A stretch of 64,000 nt of DNA. Origin: Amoebophrya sp. A120 (taxonomy: Eukaryota; Protista; Dinoflagellata). Below, in pieces: positions 1 through 11,707 of this stretch. Made by a program: the position numbers and the translations under genes. Position 1 is the first letter of the stretch; each line of letters opens with the position of its first letter. The stretch covers positions 581,309 to 645,308 of the forward strand of contig CAJINV010000015.1 of the NCBI GenBank assembly GCA_905178155.1, written 5' to 3'. The notes beneath the pieces are model-generated. The model did not search any database. It was not told the DNA's origin and saw nothing but the letters and a program-made list of their open reading frames with translations.

Positions 1-41
1 GTCATGCATTTTGTACACGTACGGAAAATTTGCATTGCATA

Positions 42-2586
42 ATTCTGTCCGCCATTTCCTTCAGTTCCTTGGTCCACTGCTGGTACATAGCGTCGCTGTT
101 GAGGATTTTCGAAACCAGCCACGCCCCGTGCAACGGAGGAGAGGAATACATCGGACGGATGATGAGCTTGAGCTGGGAGAGGACGACCTGGATGAAATAG
201 AGAGCAGAATGCTGAGCAACTCTTAATCATATCAAGTTTACTTCTTTCTTACCATGCTATTTTTTGCCTGTGCTGGGTGGGGCATTGGCAGAGTACGAGG
301 GATGCATCAACTCGCGGAAAGGAAAAGCAATATGGTCGTAAACGCAACAAGATGAAGTCCCCGAGTCACATTAGAACAAAATCTGCACCTTCGCTCTCTC
401 CGCACTGTTGCAAACTGCGTGCAGCATTCCAATCCGCTCGCCGTACAGCCCCAGGTTCTTCGCAAACGACTGACAGACAAAAAATTCCATCCCGGACGCC
501 GCAAACAGTTCGATCGCCTGGCGGTCCTTCTCCAGCGACCCTGAGGCGTACCCCTGGTAGGCACTGTCCAGAATCACTAAATGTTTTCTCCGCAGACACA
601 CCTCCACGATTTTTTTCCATTGCTCCAAGCTCGGGTCCACCCCGGTCGGGTTGTGCGCGCAGGGGTGCAGCAAGTACAGAGACTTTTCCGGCGACTTAGT
701 TTCCAAGTGATCCAAAAACTTGTCAAAGTCGCACGACTTCGTCGCTTTGTCGTAGTACGGGTACTTTTCCACCGCCATGCCGCTCTTCTGAAAAATCGCC
801 ACGTGGTTGCCCCAGGTCGGATCGGAGTAAAACAGGTGGTTGATTTGCAAATTGTGATTCAGAAACTCCCCCAAAACCCGCAGGGATCCCGTTCCCGACA
901 ACGTTTGCACGCTGGCGATCTTTTCGCCATTGTTCCCACCGGTAGTGTCCGTGAAAAATTTCTCGCCGAAAATCAGCTTCTGGCACGCGGCATGCTTTGC
1001 AAAAGTTGTATCGCAGTCGTTTTATTAGACTGCAGGTCTGCATGATATGGGAGTGTCAGGATTGAAATCGTCAAAGTTGAAATAGTTTGTGAGGCGTAAA
1101 ATGCTAGACGCAAAGTGCCTGTCTTGCAGAGCAGGCAACTGAGGCCGATTGTAAGCCTGTTTGGGGTGTGAGATAGAGCTGCTAAAATAGCATGACAAAA
1201 GCAGTCTTCTCTGCGCAAACAGCATGACAAATTGGATTTCCATGCTGGTAAAGTTTGTCATGCGCCACTTGCAATCTGGGCTCCAGCTGGTATCGCTTTT
1301 TTGCATTACAGATTATTTCAACTTTGACGATTTCGATCCTGACACTCCCATACATGACAGTTCTTCCTACACTTACGTGGATCAGCATTACAAATTCCAC
1401 TTTTCATCTTCTTGAGAAAGTTTGTAATGCAATTTGTACTTAGCACGATAATTTTGCATTGAATACGCGGGCTTCAGGGATTGCAGCCCGTCCACGGGGA
1501 GATATTCCTTGTTGATTTGGTTCAGTTTCGCGTCCCCACCCAGTTCCGCGAGCATTTTTTCCTCCGCAGAACGGACAACCGGCAGGATAAACGGGTTCCC
1601 CTTGGTATGGCGAAGAAAAAGTGTTAACGTTAAAAACGGAATCATGAGCAAATTGATTTCCAGCGAAGTTCCCTAATGCAACTCTTCACCCGATCGCTCT
1701 GGACTAGAGGTCGCCTGCAATTTATACTGCGTTGTCGGTCGGCAAGTGCCAATCGAGCACCGGGAGAAATGCGTTACGTGTCATGCAGTTGCCGATGAAA
1801 CCGACAAAGTAATCGTCGACGTCCGTAGTTTCTCGCAGAAAAATGTTAAAGCGATACTGCTTGGCATTATGCATTTTTGCAAATATCTTTATTTTAGTGC
1901 CAAGATAGAAAGATGCAACTTTGCGTGAAGGCTGCAAAAGCTGGACCTTTGGACGTCGCCGAACCCAGTGAGCATTCTATTTCTAATGAAAAACATCAAA
2001 AATATATTAAGTATTTTCGCACCACCACTTCGTTTTTTCGATCGTTGGGCAAAAGTATTCACAAATGAATGTCGCTGGCAAAGACTGCACAATTCTACAT
2101 TCATGCAACATACAACCTCCATGCGTTTTCATTAAAATTGTTGTCATGCATAAAGAGTGCAATCTAGTATGAACTACTCCCCGTTTTTTAAAGGTAAAAC
2201 TTTTTTCTTTCCTACTCGGTCGTTCGATACGCCCCAATCCCCAGGTTTACCTTCCGCGGGTCCGGGTCTTTTTGGTACAGCAGCGCCGTATTGAGAATCG
2301 GGTCGGGCGGCGCCAGTTGGAGGTCATTGAAAATGGAGGAGAAATGGCGGGGGTGATTCTTGTGGGTAGAATTTATTTTCGGTGTAGGCGTACTGATGAA
2401 AGCCTGAAGTTCTCGTCGAAGAGGTGTTGCAGCTGCTCTGGCTAGTACTGGGGCACAGCGATGAGAGGACGTCGTTGACGATGCAACGCTTCTGGTACAA
2501 CAGCTCCGCCCGCGCTCCGCCCGCAAAAACGGTTTGCAGGCCACACGACTGGGCGCGAGTTTCATTTGTTGACGCAGGCTCATCAT
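42..2586 (-). CDS. GOT: Aspartate aminotransferase (class I PLP-dependent), multi-exon, runs off the left edge; N-terminal extension may be an organellar transit peptide
   Basis: Motifs [52 protein letters not shown] (PLP lysine), [20 protein letters not shown]. Exons ~2586-2215, 1600-1466, 985-388, 187-42. One GT-AG intron (~188-387); the others are TIR introners. Confidence 0.95.
991..1465. mobile_element. Introner family C (degenerate) in GOT, with a nested family A element
   Basis: DR cgcgg (986-990 / 1466-1470). Ends catgctttgcaaaag...ttttgcattgaata. Removal with one DR gives in-frame [11 protein letters not shown]. Confidence 0.85.
1046..1352. mobile_element. Introner family A (nested)
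   Basis: TIR tatgggagtgtcaggattgaaatcgtcaaagttgaaata / tatttcaactttgacgatttcgatcctgacactcccata; DR catga. Confidence 0.92.
1606..2214. mobile_element. Introner family K (single copy here) in GOT
   Basis: Imperfect TIR tatggcgaagaaaaagtgttaacgttaaaaacgg / ccgttttttaaaggtaaaacttttttctttccta; DR cttgg/ctcgg. Removal joins GAYRTT to GNPFILPVV. Confidence 0.8.
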
Positions 2587-3769
2587 GATTTGAATACGTC
2601 TAAGTGCTATAATACCATTTGATCCACTGCTCCGCCGAGTTGTGTTGTCTAATCTTCGACGAGCCCAGCTAGAAGTTATTGTTATCCAGGAGAAAGAGAA
2701 ACCCACCGTTCACTCTTCTCTTCATCACATCTGTGTGTAGTACAGCAAGTACAACAAGGCACCACATCAACTCCTCTACGAATTTATTACTCGCGTCTTC
2801 AAAAAGAATGCTTGCTCATCTGACCCCGAAGAAGATGAACCACCGCACGACCACCTCCATGACTTTCGTTTTCTTTCCACGCTCGCATTCCACAAAAAAT
2901 ATTCAACTCTTTACAACAATACAGCGTTTTTATTTGTCGTTAGAACAGAAATAGATCCAAGTCCAACCCAATACAACTACCTTTATTCGAGAGGACACCG
3001 CGCCGAGAGCGGGCGCCCACTCGTCGCCGTTCGTTCCCGTCGGATAATGATCCGACACTTTTTTATCTTAGCTGATTTTTTTTTAGTATATTTTTATTTG
3101 TACAAAGTTGTGTACTACTAGTAGATACTCGGTCTGGATTATTTTATTTTGCCTTGTTGTAGTTGTACAGTCTTCCTGCTGGCCTGATACTGCCACTACG
3201 TTTCATCCCAACAACGCGGATTCTTGTTTCTCGAGTGGTTGTTAAACTAATTCTCACCTCTTGTAAGTAGTTGCGTTGCCACTTGATGTTACTTGTACAG
3301 GTTTGTCTGCTGGCAATAAAATCTTACTGGAACTACAACCTTGTTGGGAACTACAAGGGCGCAACGATTAATATCAATTAGGGTGGAACAAAGGGTGGAG
3401 GACATAATATCATACAAGATGGAATAATACAGAGTCCTCGGGAGTCAAATTAGAAACAATAGCTGTAAGATATTCTTCGAATAAAACCACGTAGATGCTG
3501 CATATATTCTATGACTAATCGTCGATACGAAGAAGTAGCTTCTGAAACTTCAACTTGTATACGTTGAGAAACAAGTTTACTACTTCGAATTTTGCAGTAC
3601 AGAGAGATTCGACACATTGAAATCTTCTTTCGTCCGTGGTAGATGCTTGTAAACGACACATTATGATTTTGTGAGACTTTTGTTTTTCTCGAATTTTCTT
3701 CGATTTGCGATGAAGTTGATATATAAAAGTAAAGCCGCGACAGCAAGAACACCAACTCAAACATCTTTT

Positions 3770-6700
3770 TTACTTAGTTGGTCTTGCATGCGCCTTTGCC
3801 TTGTGCTTCGCGTGCGCGACGTGTGCCTTCGCCCCCGCGCCCACCGCAGAAGTTCCGCCGGAGGTGCTATGCGCCTTGGCCTTGTGCTTCACACCTCCCA
3901 GTACCTTATTCGGGGAAGATGCGGATGTACTAGTTTTGGCTGCAGCTCCTGTTGCGCTATCACTTGCTCGACTCGCTGGCTGGGCGCTGTCTTGGTGATG
4001 ATCTGCATCCTCGTGGTGGTAGTCTTCATGCTCCTCCGCAGCGTCGCGTTCTATGCATCGCAAAATTTGTATCATCGCACAATAATACCAGCACAAAAAA
4101 TGGCATGACGAATCTTAATCTTTTCAAGAAGAAAAAAAGGCTGCGATCATGCAGGTGAAGTTCATGATTAAAGAAACAGGGTGACAAAGAAGAAGATCTC
4201 CAGCTGTCATCTAGTAATAGTATCACTGTCATGCTGGTGTATAATTGCTGTCGCATGTGAATGAGTACGATGGCGCGAGGACATCACTTTTGCACAGGAT
4301 AACTATCGATTTATTACTCCCCCTGCTCGCACTCGATTTCGGTTCCTCTGCCTTGCTTGCCGGAGCAGCGGAAGGAGTACTATCCTCCTTTTTCTTCCCC
4401 CCGTCCGCGGGCCTCAACCCGTGGGGTAAAACCCAGTAGGGTACGTAGGCTTTCTTCTTCTCGTTGACCCAGGAAACGCCGATCCACCCGTTTGTCGGGC
4501 CGTTCAGCAGCTTCAGCTCCTCCCCTTTTTTCAGGGTAATTTTGCCGTCCTTGGACTTGTAATCGTGGAAGGCGTGGAACTGAACGGGACCGTCTTCCTT
4601 CTTGGGTTTCACTTCCACCGCGTGGTCTGGGAGGTTCGCAAGCGGAACCCAATCCGCGTGTGTAGCATGGTTCGTCACGTTGCGGATCTGGATTTTTGAT
4701 TTAGAATTTTTTCGCTTTTGTTTTCATCTTCGCATCTTCGTCCGGCGCATGACAACTTCTTCGACGAGAGCATTGCTCCGAAGATTATGTCATCATGCAA
4801 GATCCAAGTCCAACATGAAGGTACAGGTAGGAATAAAACCACCTATGAAGTGAACCGCAAAACCTCTACTTGATCATCTGCAAGAGTTCATTTAGAGTTA
4901 GTTATCAGTACCAGCACCCAGCCATCCAGCGGTCCTTTCAAATATTCCACGAGGTCGTTCTCTTCGCAGACACCTTCATACGCCGCCAACGTGCGGAAGA
5001 ACCCCTTGGACACGACCCAACTCGGGGTCCAGTGCGAGATCCCGGTGGCGACGTCCTCCATCAAAATCCAGTTTTTCTCGTTCTTCGGCTTCAAAATCCG
5101 CGCGATGTGCCCGGGGGAGACTTTTTCCTCGAAGCCGTGCTATGCTGAGTAAAAACGTACCCACACCAGAGTCAGGATGGGGATTTTGCAACACAAACCT
5201 AGGAGTTTTGTGAGTCACGCATGACAAGTTTCAGTCCGTAAGGTAGTGCAAGTTAGCAAGGGAAGCCGCATCACAAATCGACCTGCTGATCCTGTTTACA
5301 GCATTACAAGTTCCCAAACACGATTGAAAATGCCTGTCATGGGGTTGCGCATCACAAATGTTCCTGTCATGGCAAATCTGCATGACAACTATGGTGTGGG
5401 GACGTTTTTACACTTGATACGTGCACGATCGTTCTGATGTTCACGTCGACCATATCTAAATCGTCGCCCAGGTACTGGTATGCATTGCAAAAGTATCGCG
5501 CCACTAGTATAAATCGCATGACAAATTAGCCCAGCATGAGAAATGAAATTCGTCATGCTGATTTGCCTTGGGATGGAGATTTGTAATGCATGACTGCGAT
5601 TCTTACTACGTGTACGATACTTTTGCAATGGATAACTGGTTAATGTTGTCTAATTCGCCCTCTTTCTTCTCATACTCTTCCTCCTCCATGTCGACCTGTT
5701 TTGTCATTGCATTCACACATGAAGACTACAACCTTAGACTTCTTACCAAAACCAGCTTTTTTACAGACACGATTTTTCATTTTCACCTTGGGGAAATTTA
5801 TCGATAGATACTAGGAAAGGAAGATCAGGATATTCATATTACTATTTGCGATGCATAAACTCATCAAGGCACCACTGCAAATGCAATCTTTCATACCTTA
5901 ACATCCTCCGGCGCTGCCACTTGTGACGCCCTTGTTGCTTCCGACTTCAAATCTTCTTTTTTCGCAGGCGTACTAGCTGCTCCACCTCGGCTCACCGCCT
6001 TTGGCGCTTTCTTTGGGTCGATCGTGTGCCCCACGTTGAAGGTCTCGTCTTCGTCCAGCATGCGCTCCTGGCACTTGGCGAGGATGGTTCTTGCGTCATT
6101 GAACGCGTGGGAGCCGCCGACGGATTCGTTTGCGTTGTCCGGGTCGTTTTCTGCGCACCAGTTCATGGTGTCTTGGAGTTCGTTATGGATTGTAAAAGTG
6201 TCTGGGTCTGGAAGAATGCGCGACTTGTCATGCTGCTTTCCATGACCCATGAGGTCTGCACCTGCAGAAATGCAAGACCTAGCATGACAGATTTTGCGCG
6301 ATGTCTCTCATGCCTATCCTGCATGAGAAACTCTCTCCCGACCTGGTCAAAACTGGACGACTTTTGGTAATCATGCAACACAGATTTTTGCGTGCTTCAG
6401 ATTTAGCATGACAAGTTGCAATCATCCACACCCAGACATTTTTGCATTTGATATTCGTCGTGCAGTTTCTGCAGGTCCTTCATCAACGCTTTTCGGCTAT
6501 CCCAGAGAAAAAAGCTGGCAGGGCATATTTGTAATGCAAAAATGAATACACAGAAAAATTTGTCATGGGCGGCCCCATAGCATGCTGCTCCGGATATGCA
6601 ATATAGGTTTTTTTGTGTATTTATTTTTGCATTACAAATATGACCTGCCAGCTTTTTTCTCTGGGATATCGCCCCATCAGAATGATGCCAATGGACTCGT

Positions 6701-8237
6701 CGACCTTTAATTATTGAAATTTTTTGATCAGTTCAGTACCATTAAAGCATTTCTCGCACTATGTTGTTTTTCACATGCAAAGCGGGAATGCTACTTCTAT
6801 ACAAGCGACACGTGGTATAGAAGTGCGGTTGTCCACCCAAGGATAAGGCGGCGCAGCTTATTCCCATGAATGTACTACATCGAATTGAAATAAGCAAAGT
6901 GCCACAATCAGAAGCAGAATGCACCGCCCAAGTGCGGTTCTCCTTCTCATGCTGCCGCATCGCGATCAATATTCTTTCTGCACAACAAAAATCATATTTA
7001 CGTTTATGTACTATACCTCGGTCGTTTTCTTTTTTTCCTTTTCCAACCCGGCTTTTCTCCCCAGAGCCGCTTTGTAATCCACCTTCATTGCTGAGTAGAC
7101 GTGCATCAGATCCGTCAACTCGGCCAGGATGTCCTCAACCGATCTGCCCTTGTACTCTGGCGTGGCGCCGTCCTCCTCGTCTTCTTGCTCCCCGTCCTGA
7201 TCGTCATTATCTTCATTCCCGTCCGGGAGCTCAGTTAACTCGATTGTTTGTGATTTCTCCGTAGAAATGGCGGCCTGGCCGGACTTTCGCTTGGGCTGCG
7301 GGGCCGGAATCTCGGGGGTGTCTGCCTCGTGGTGACCTGGTAAATACGTAGGTATTCTTTTCACATCAGCTTTTCAGTTTCAGTTTCAGACGGCGGAAGC
7401 TCTTTTTTCTTCCAACATATCTGCATGTCGTTCTAGATCATCATGATACAGAATATTTTTGTGCAGTCACAACGAATGCCTGCACGAAAAAACAGATTGG
7501 TATGAAGAATTGTATGCACGACGAGGACCTGCCTCCCATCTGCCTCTGTGCTTAATCAAGAACTACAACTGTTTGTTGTACACAAAACTGGTAATCGTCA
7601 CATCTTCATCAAACAATACTTGATTTTTTCTTTGCCGGTGCCGTGTCTTCTCCACTTTGCTGCGCCTTCAGAATTTCCGTTCCGAGAGACCGCGCCCGCT
7701 CCCCGAAGAGTTCGTAGGTGGCCCATTCGGTCGAGAAGCGAATGCTAATGCTATTGTGAGGAAAAATGCCCCCACCCCATAGTTGCCATGCAGAATTGCA
7801 GTCACAGGAAAACTTGTAATGCGAATCCCCATGAGAGGCTCTTTCAATCGCGCGATGCAATTTGTGATGCTGTAAACAGGATACCAGAATGGCTTTGTGA
7901 TGCGGCTGTGGCTGTCCTTGGTACTAACCCGCATTACATTTACAGTACAGAGAAAAACTTGTCATGTGTGACTCCCAAAACTTCTCGATCTGTGTTGCAG
8001 AGTTTCCATCTTGACTATGGGGTGGGGACGTTTTTACAAATGATACATGTTGGACTCCTCCATATACTTGCAATCCGTGACGCGCATTTGGTCATCTCCG
8101 ACCCACAACCGCGCCGGGCCGGAGTGCGAGGGGACCACGGAGCAGGTGACCGGGACCAGCCTCGCGCCACCACCGCAGCAGCCGCCGCTACCCTTACCCT
8201 GCTTCCGCTTGAGCACATACTGGGTGGGAGGTGCCAT
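3770..8237 (-). CDS. Multi-exon gene (possibly more than one) encoding an SH3-domain protein; exon boundaries approximate
   Basis: ORF 4229-4678 has FHAFHDYKSKDGKITLKKGEELKLLNGPTNGWIGV...AYVP (SH3 pattern). Further coding-like minus-strand segments at 4888-5140, 5891-6183, 7011-7340, 7609-7751 and 8046-8237 are separated by introners and AT-rich introns. Confidence 0.55.
5141..5419. mobile_element. Introner family F
   Basis: TIR tatgctgagtaaaaacgtacccacacca / tggtgtggggacgtttttacacttgata; DR cgtgc. Confidence 0.9.
5479..5634. mobile_element. Introner family C
   Basis: TIR tatgcattgcaaaagtatcg / cgatacttttgcaatggata; DR actgg. Confidence 0.92.
6184..6453. mobile_element. Introner family B
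   Basis: TIR tatggattgtaaaagtgtctgggt / acccagacatttttgcatttgata; DR ttcgt. Confidence 0.92.
6498..6668. mobile_element. Introner family E (long TIR)
   Basis: TIR tatcccagagaaaaaagctggcagggcatatttgtaatgcaaaaa / tttttgcattacaaatatgacctgccagcttttttctctgggata; DR tcggc/tcgcc. Confidence 0.92.
7752..8045. mobile_element. Introner family F (diverged)
   Basis: gaaaaatgcccccaccccatagt / actatggggtggggacgtttttacaaatgata; DR only 3/5 (aatgc/catgt). Confidence 0.75.
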
Positions 8238-8539
8238 TTTTTTATCAATTATTCCAACAGTGGGTCGCGGTAAGCCTTTTTATAAAAAACCGCCAATGCT
8301 AGAGAAAACTGTACTCCGATGAATTGCGACAAGCTAAGGATAGCTGTAGATAATGATGTACAGTCATTCTTTTTTGTGAATGCTTACTTTAGGATTTTCG
8401 GGGTAGAAGATGATGCTGGGGGTAACACTTTGTAATGGGAGCAGTTATGCGATTTCCGATTAGTGGTCTGCTGGTGGTAAGAAGTTATTTGTAAAATTAA
8501 ATCCGAGTCGTTGCGTTGTCAAGCACGAGCAATCGGTGA

Positions 8540-9055
8540 AACGACAGACGAAAAGGTAGAATTTGAACGACGAAATCGAATGTGATGTTGATCACGATGA
8601 AAACGATATTTTCATAGACATAGTACCAACCGAGCGAGGGCAGCCGCAGCCTGTCAGACAGAGCTGCAAGTGGATATAACGACCCTGACCGAGAAGACAG
8701 CAAACGCTCCACGACCGAGCAACCGTGTAGTCGGTAGAAGTTGTTCCTCGTCTGTTCATTTTGCGATGAAACAAGTGCGATAAAAATTTCGAGTGTAGCT
8801 AGTAGCGAAGGTGGGTTCGTCGTGCAGCTCTATGTGTCTCACATCACACTGCTCGACGTGGGTGTCCGATTCGTAATGTACGAAAAATACGTATCCCGAA
8901 CGTATGTTAAACGGTTTGCGAGCGCGATTCGATGGACGATGACGAATAGGTTGTAAGCCTGAGTACAAATACCGACTGATATTGCGCTTTTCAGCTCTAG
9001 CAAATAAACTTCTATGTGTTCATCATCGATCTTCACACGACCGATTTTTCCATTC
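8540..9055. repeat. Dispersed intergenic repeat, copy 1 (~500 bp; boundaries approximate)
   Basis: Shares collinear blocks with 11050-11540 (gtgatgttgatcacgatga; gttcctcgtctgttcat; gcgagcgcgattcgatggacgatgacgaata; tcgatcttcacacgaccgatt). Confidence 0.8.
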
Positions 9056-9854
9056 TTTTGCGTCCGGTATCACTTTGATGTAGTGCTGTCTTGGATTCAT
9101 GACCATGATATTAGATTGATGAAAGGAACATACCGACTGCATCTTCGTTCACGAACAAGCAAGCGGACCAACTATCTGTGCAGATCGAGCCACTGCTCTA
9201 CGCCAGGAAGAGAAGGAGACTTCACGGAAAAATCGACGGGAGGTCAGGATTTAGGACGCAGCTCTAGAAGCGCTAGCACTGCCTGAAGAAACGGATCGTC
9301 GCACTTTAATATGGACGACCAGATTGATCATGTCCTCCGTGTAAATAGTTCCTGGGTATATCTTTTGTCGTGCTGCTGTTGAAAACCGATTGGAACTTCT
9401 CGTGCTTGCTGCATAAAGTAACGAGCACAATGACCTAGGCTCGGCTAAGTAAAGTAAATTAGTACTGCATTCTAAAGTTTTCCTTCAGATTGGGTGTGAC
9501 TTGTTGGGGAAGAGATGGGATTTTAGGGTGGGGCAAGAATTTTATTTGTTGAGGGGTACTTCAACTTCTTACTCAGATTGATTTTGAAAACGCCACCAGC
9601 CCCGCGATGCGGGTGCCAGTGGTCCCCGCACGACAGTCAGAGTATGCTAGAAATACGATACTTTTGCAATGCGTAGACAGAGTCTTCAGCTTGACACATA
9701 CATTTTGATATAAATTAAGTAAGTTCATTTTGGAGACGACGGTACCTGAAGATGACCCCAATGCGTTCAACTCTTAGGAGCCTCAGTTCGATTCACATTG
9801 TAGGGCAGTTGCTTGGTGGTCGTGATTTTGCTCCGCTCTGTCGGTCTACTGCAA

Positions 9855-10540
9855 TTACTCGGGACAGTACTTTTTGACATTGTCGTTGGTGTGCTCTGGA
9901 CACTCACCACCATCTTCAAGGGTGAAGCAACGACCCAAGGTTGGCGCAGTGAGGCCCATTCCGCCGGAGGCGGCGGCACACTCAAACTTGCAACACGTCT
10001 GGCCACCCATGGCGCAAGAGGTCCCGGGCATACACGGAAAGTGCGGCGTCGGATCCGAAAGCTTGGCCTTCGCCGTCCCCGCACGCAGGAGCTTCTTCTT
10101 CATTCTAGCCTTGTTGGTCCCGGCCTTGTTGGCCTTCACGAAAGTTATATATGCGTTGCAAAAATGTCAACATGATCTGGGTCGGGATTTGTGATGCAAG
10201 TTGATTTCTTGACGGTGGACCAACACCAATCGCAATCCAAGATGGAGATCTGTTTCTGTGATAACGAATTATACACCTGCGCTAAGCCTCAAATGAAATA
10301 ACATCTTCAGATGGCGCTGCTGTTGGTGTCGATTATGTCGTGCAAGAAGCGGCTACTTACTCCGCGATCGCGATGCTCGTAGCAGCAACACAATTTGTCT
10401 GCTCCAGACCCAGGCAAAGGCATATAATTTGCAACGCATAAAAGCTTGCCCGTTCCACCCGTTCCCATCGATTCCCTCAACATCGGTGGGGGGCAGCTTG
10501 ATCGCGGTAGTCGGCGAGCAAGAGTAGACCGCAACGGAAA
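9855..10540 (-). CDS. Putative small Cys-rich protein (probably 2 or more exons), unknown function
   Basis: ORF 9855-10139 contains FPCMPGTSCAMGGQTCCKFECAAA...GRCFTLEDGGECPE...YCPE. An upstream Cys-containing segment lies at ~10310-10540. Confidence 0.4.
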
Positions 10541-10545
10541 CAAAA

Positions 10546-10863
10546 CATCCTGAGAAAAAACGTCCCCACCACAGACTTGTCATGCAGATTTGCACTTACT
10601 TTTACAAAAACATTTGCCAACGTGCATATCCCCGCGATCATGAGAGGCATTTCTAATAATCGCGGTTTGCCATAATTTGTAAAGCTGAGATCAAAAATAA
10701 GAGGAGATGACATTGTGATGCTAACCTGCACTTCTACGAACAATACAGAGAGATGAGAAGTTACTTGTTGTCATGCGTGACTCCCAAACAATCATTTGGA
10801 TCTACTGTGTTACGAAATTCCCTTCATCTTGACTCTCCGGTGGAGACGTTGTTACACAGGATA
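10546..10863. mobile_element. Introner-like element, family F (diverged)
   Basis: catcctgagaaaaaacgtccccacc / ggtggagacgttgttacacaggata; DR caaaa/caaat. Confidence 0.7.
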
Positions 10864-11049
10864 CAAATAAAAGCGCCGTCTTCATTTTGTGACACAAACG
10901 GAGGATAGCGCTTGGTAATTGTACGTTGGAACGAAAGGAGATGCCTTTACGTTCTTTCTGGCACTACTTAGAGTCGTGAAAGAGCTGCAGTACAGCTTCC
11001 GTTTAAAAAATGAGTTTTTCAGGCAAGAGGCTGTGGGCAATGCTACTCC

Positions 11050-11540
11050 GAACTGACGAAAAGTTCGAATTTGCACGAGGAAAACGAATTTGTGATGTTG
11101 ATCACGATGAGTACGATCATACCGACAAGAGCGGGCAGCCTGCCGGAGAAAGTGCAAACGACCCTGAAGTACACCGAAATAAGGGCAAGCGCTCCAAATA
11201 GACCGAGCAATCGTGTCGGTAGTTCCTCGTCTGTTCATCTTGCGAACATCAAACGATGTTGACTGTACTAGCTAGGAGCGAATAACGAGGTTCGTTCGTC
11301 GTGCAGCTCGTCTGCGTCAAATCTTCACACTCACCTGCTCGAGGACGTACGATTTGTACGAAAATAAATACGTTTCCCGAATGTATGTTAAACGGTCTGC
11401 GAGCGCGATTCGATGGACGATGACGAATAAGTTGTAAGTCTAAGTACAGATACCGACTGATAATATTGCGTTTTTCATCTCTAGCAAAGCTTCTATGTGC
11501 TGTTGAATCGATCTTCACACGACCGATTGATTTTTCCATT
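11050..11540. repeat. Dispersed intergenic repeat, copy 2 (boundaries approximate)
   Basis: Direct diverged copy of 8540-9055. Confidence 0.8.
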
Positions 11541-11707
11541 CGACCAGCAGGAGAGGACGTCCCGGGGGTCTCAACCAGTACAAGAAAGAGGCATGCTCTT
11601 ATTTTCCATTCAGAGATGTTGATGTTCTTCTTGAAACCGTGAAGTAGTAGTAATCAAAGCAGGCAGACATTCCAGAACTTCTGCCTGCGGAAACGCATAT
11701 AGTCAAA

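Noticed and set aside
9640-9680. Single family C TIR half (cgatacttttgcaatgcgta)
   Set aside because: No convincing partner TIR or DR; likely a decayed remnant.
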